DNA of 18,397 nt. It comes from Nitrospirota bacterium. GTDB lineage: Bacteria > Nitrospirota > JACRHJ01. Below the pieces are notes generated by a model. That model had not been told where the DNA came from, did not search any database, and saw only the letters and a program-made list of their open reading frames with translations. The DNA is taken from NCBI GenBank assembly GCA_963733375.1, contig CAVTDB010000007.1:1-18397 (forward strand), in the 5' to 3' direction. A program made the position numbers and the translations under genes. Below, in pieces: positions 17,530 through 18,397 of the stretch; position 1 is the stretch's first letter; each line of letters begins with the position of its first letter.

Positions 17530-18285
17530 TCAGCCCCGATATTCGTGTCTGAATTCTTTATCGTAGAGCTTCGAATATTTATCGATAGCTGAACGGCCAA
17601 GCGCCTTTCCTACCAGTATCAGCGCGGTCTTCTGGATCTTTTCTTCCCTTACTTTTCCGGCAATATCGGCAAGGGTGCCGCGTATAATTTTCTGCTCCGG
17701 CCAGGACGCTTTATATACAACGGCCGCGGGAGTATCTTCGGGATAACCTTCCCGCAGTTCTGCGACCACCTTCTCTATCTCGCCTATGGAAAGGAATATC
17801 ACCATCGTCGCCCTGTGCATCGAAAGCGACGCCAGCGACTCCTCCTTCGGCACGCCCGTACGACCTTCCAGCCGGGTGAATATGACCGTCTGGTTCACTT
17901 CCGGGAGGGTCAGCTCGCATTTCAGCGCCGCAGCAGCCGCGAATGCGGACGACACGCCGGGGACTACTTCATAGTCGATCCCGGCCCTGTCCAGCTCCGC
18001 CATCTGTTCCGCTATCGCCCCATACAGGCTTGGCTCTCCGGTATGCACGCGCGCGACGGCCTTACCCCGCGAAACATATTCCTTCATCATCGCGATAATT
18101 TCCGAAAGCTCCATCTCCTTGCTGTCATGGAGCGGCGCTTCAGGCTTTGCGAATTTCAGGATATCCGGGTTCACCAAAGACCCGGCGTAAATCACGAGGT
18201 CCGCCTCGGCTATCAGGCTCGCGGCCTTTATCGTCATCAGGTCCGGATCGCCTGGACCCGCCCCGATGAAATATACCTTAGACAT
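17530..18285 (-). CDS. cbiF: Cobalt-precorrin-4 C11-methyltransferase (CbiF/CobM)
   Basis: It contains VYFIGAGPGDPDL, IYAGSLVN, RVHTGEPSLYGAIAEQM, ELTLPEVNQTVI, YKASWPE and SKLYDKEFRH. Confidence 0.96.
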   Translation of the reverse strand: MSKVYFIGAGPGDPDLMTIKAASLIAEADLVIYAGSLVNPDILKFAKPEAPLHDSKEMELSEIIAMMKEYVSRGKAVARVHTGEPSLYGAIAEQMAELDRAGIDYEVVPGVSSAFAAAAALKCELTLPEVNQTVIFTRLEGRTGVPKEESLASLSMHRATMVIFLSIGEIEKVVAELREGYPEDTPAAVVYKASWPEQKIIRGTLADIAGKVREEKIQKTALILVGKALGRSAIDKYSKLYDKEFRHEYRG

Positions 18286-18342
18286 TCAGAACCTTCGCTC
18301 CATCAGAATGACAATTCTTGTCCACTCGCCATACTCCTAATT

Positions 18343-18390
18343 ACCCTCCCCACCCGTGGGGGAGGGTGGCCTGACAAGGCCGGGTGAGGG
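18343..18390. repeat. REP-like double-hairpin element upstream of cbiF
   Basis: ACCCTCCCCAC-CC-GTGGGGGAGGGT is followed by GGCCT-GACA-AGGCC and GGGTGAGGG. The CCCTC...GAGGG...GGGTGAGGG layout matches the element at 15000-15038. Confidence 0.7.
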
Positions 18391-18397
18391 CTATCTC

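Noticed and set aside
18286-18397. Short minus-strand frames upstream of cbiF (MASGQELSF*, MERRF*, EYGEWTRIVILMERRF*) or a cobalamin riboswitch
   Set aside because: The region is truncated by the window edge and too short to assign, and no B12-box is visible.

Overview
This is a bacterial chromosomal window of moderate to high GC. The short GroES and overall gene style suggest Nitrospirota or a Desulfobacterota-like lineage (inference only). Left to right it holds: an AT-rich intergenic region; one ~4.3 kb gene (364-4669, +) for a large secreted modular protein, broken by six frameshifts and one in-frame TAG; a convergent membrane PAS-GGDEF diguanylate cyclase that appears to have lost an EAL domain; a secreted hypothetical protein; a CI/LexA-like XRE-S24 repressor directly behind trxA; CIRCE-regulated groES-groEL; ctpA and envC; a class I glutamine amidotransferase; an APS-kinase-like gene coupled to a 39-aa basic ORF missing from the ORF track; and part of a cobalamin operon (cbiF, an AT-rich inserted gene, cbiG, cbiH/cobJ). 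The secreted protein comprises Ig-like repeats, a 7-blade Asp-box beta-propeller inserted inside one Ig domain, and three unrecognised C-terminal repeats. Four REP-like GC-rich palindromes lie between 13.7 and 18.4 kb, one of them translated in frame inside cbiH. Most frameshifts are single-base insertions and may be sequencing errors. I found no CRISPR array, RNA gene or transposase. The best novelty candidates are the surface protein architecture, the trxA-linked autocleaving repressor, the cbiG/cbiH -1 junction, the coding palindrome and the foreign gene inside the cbi operon.
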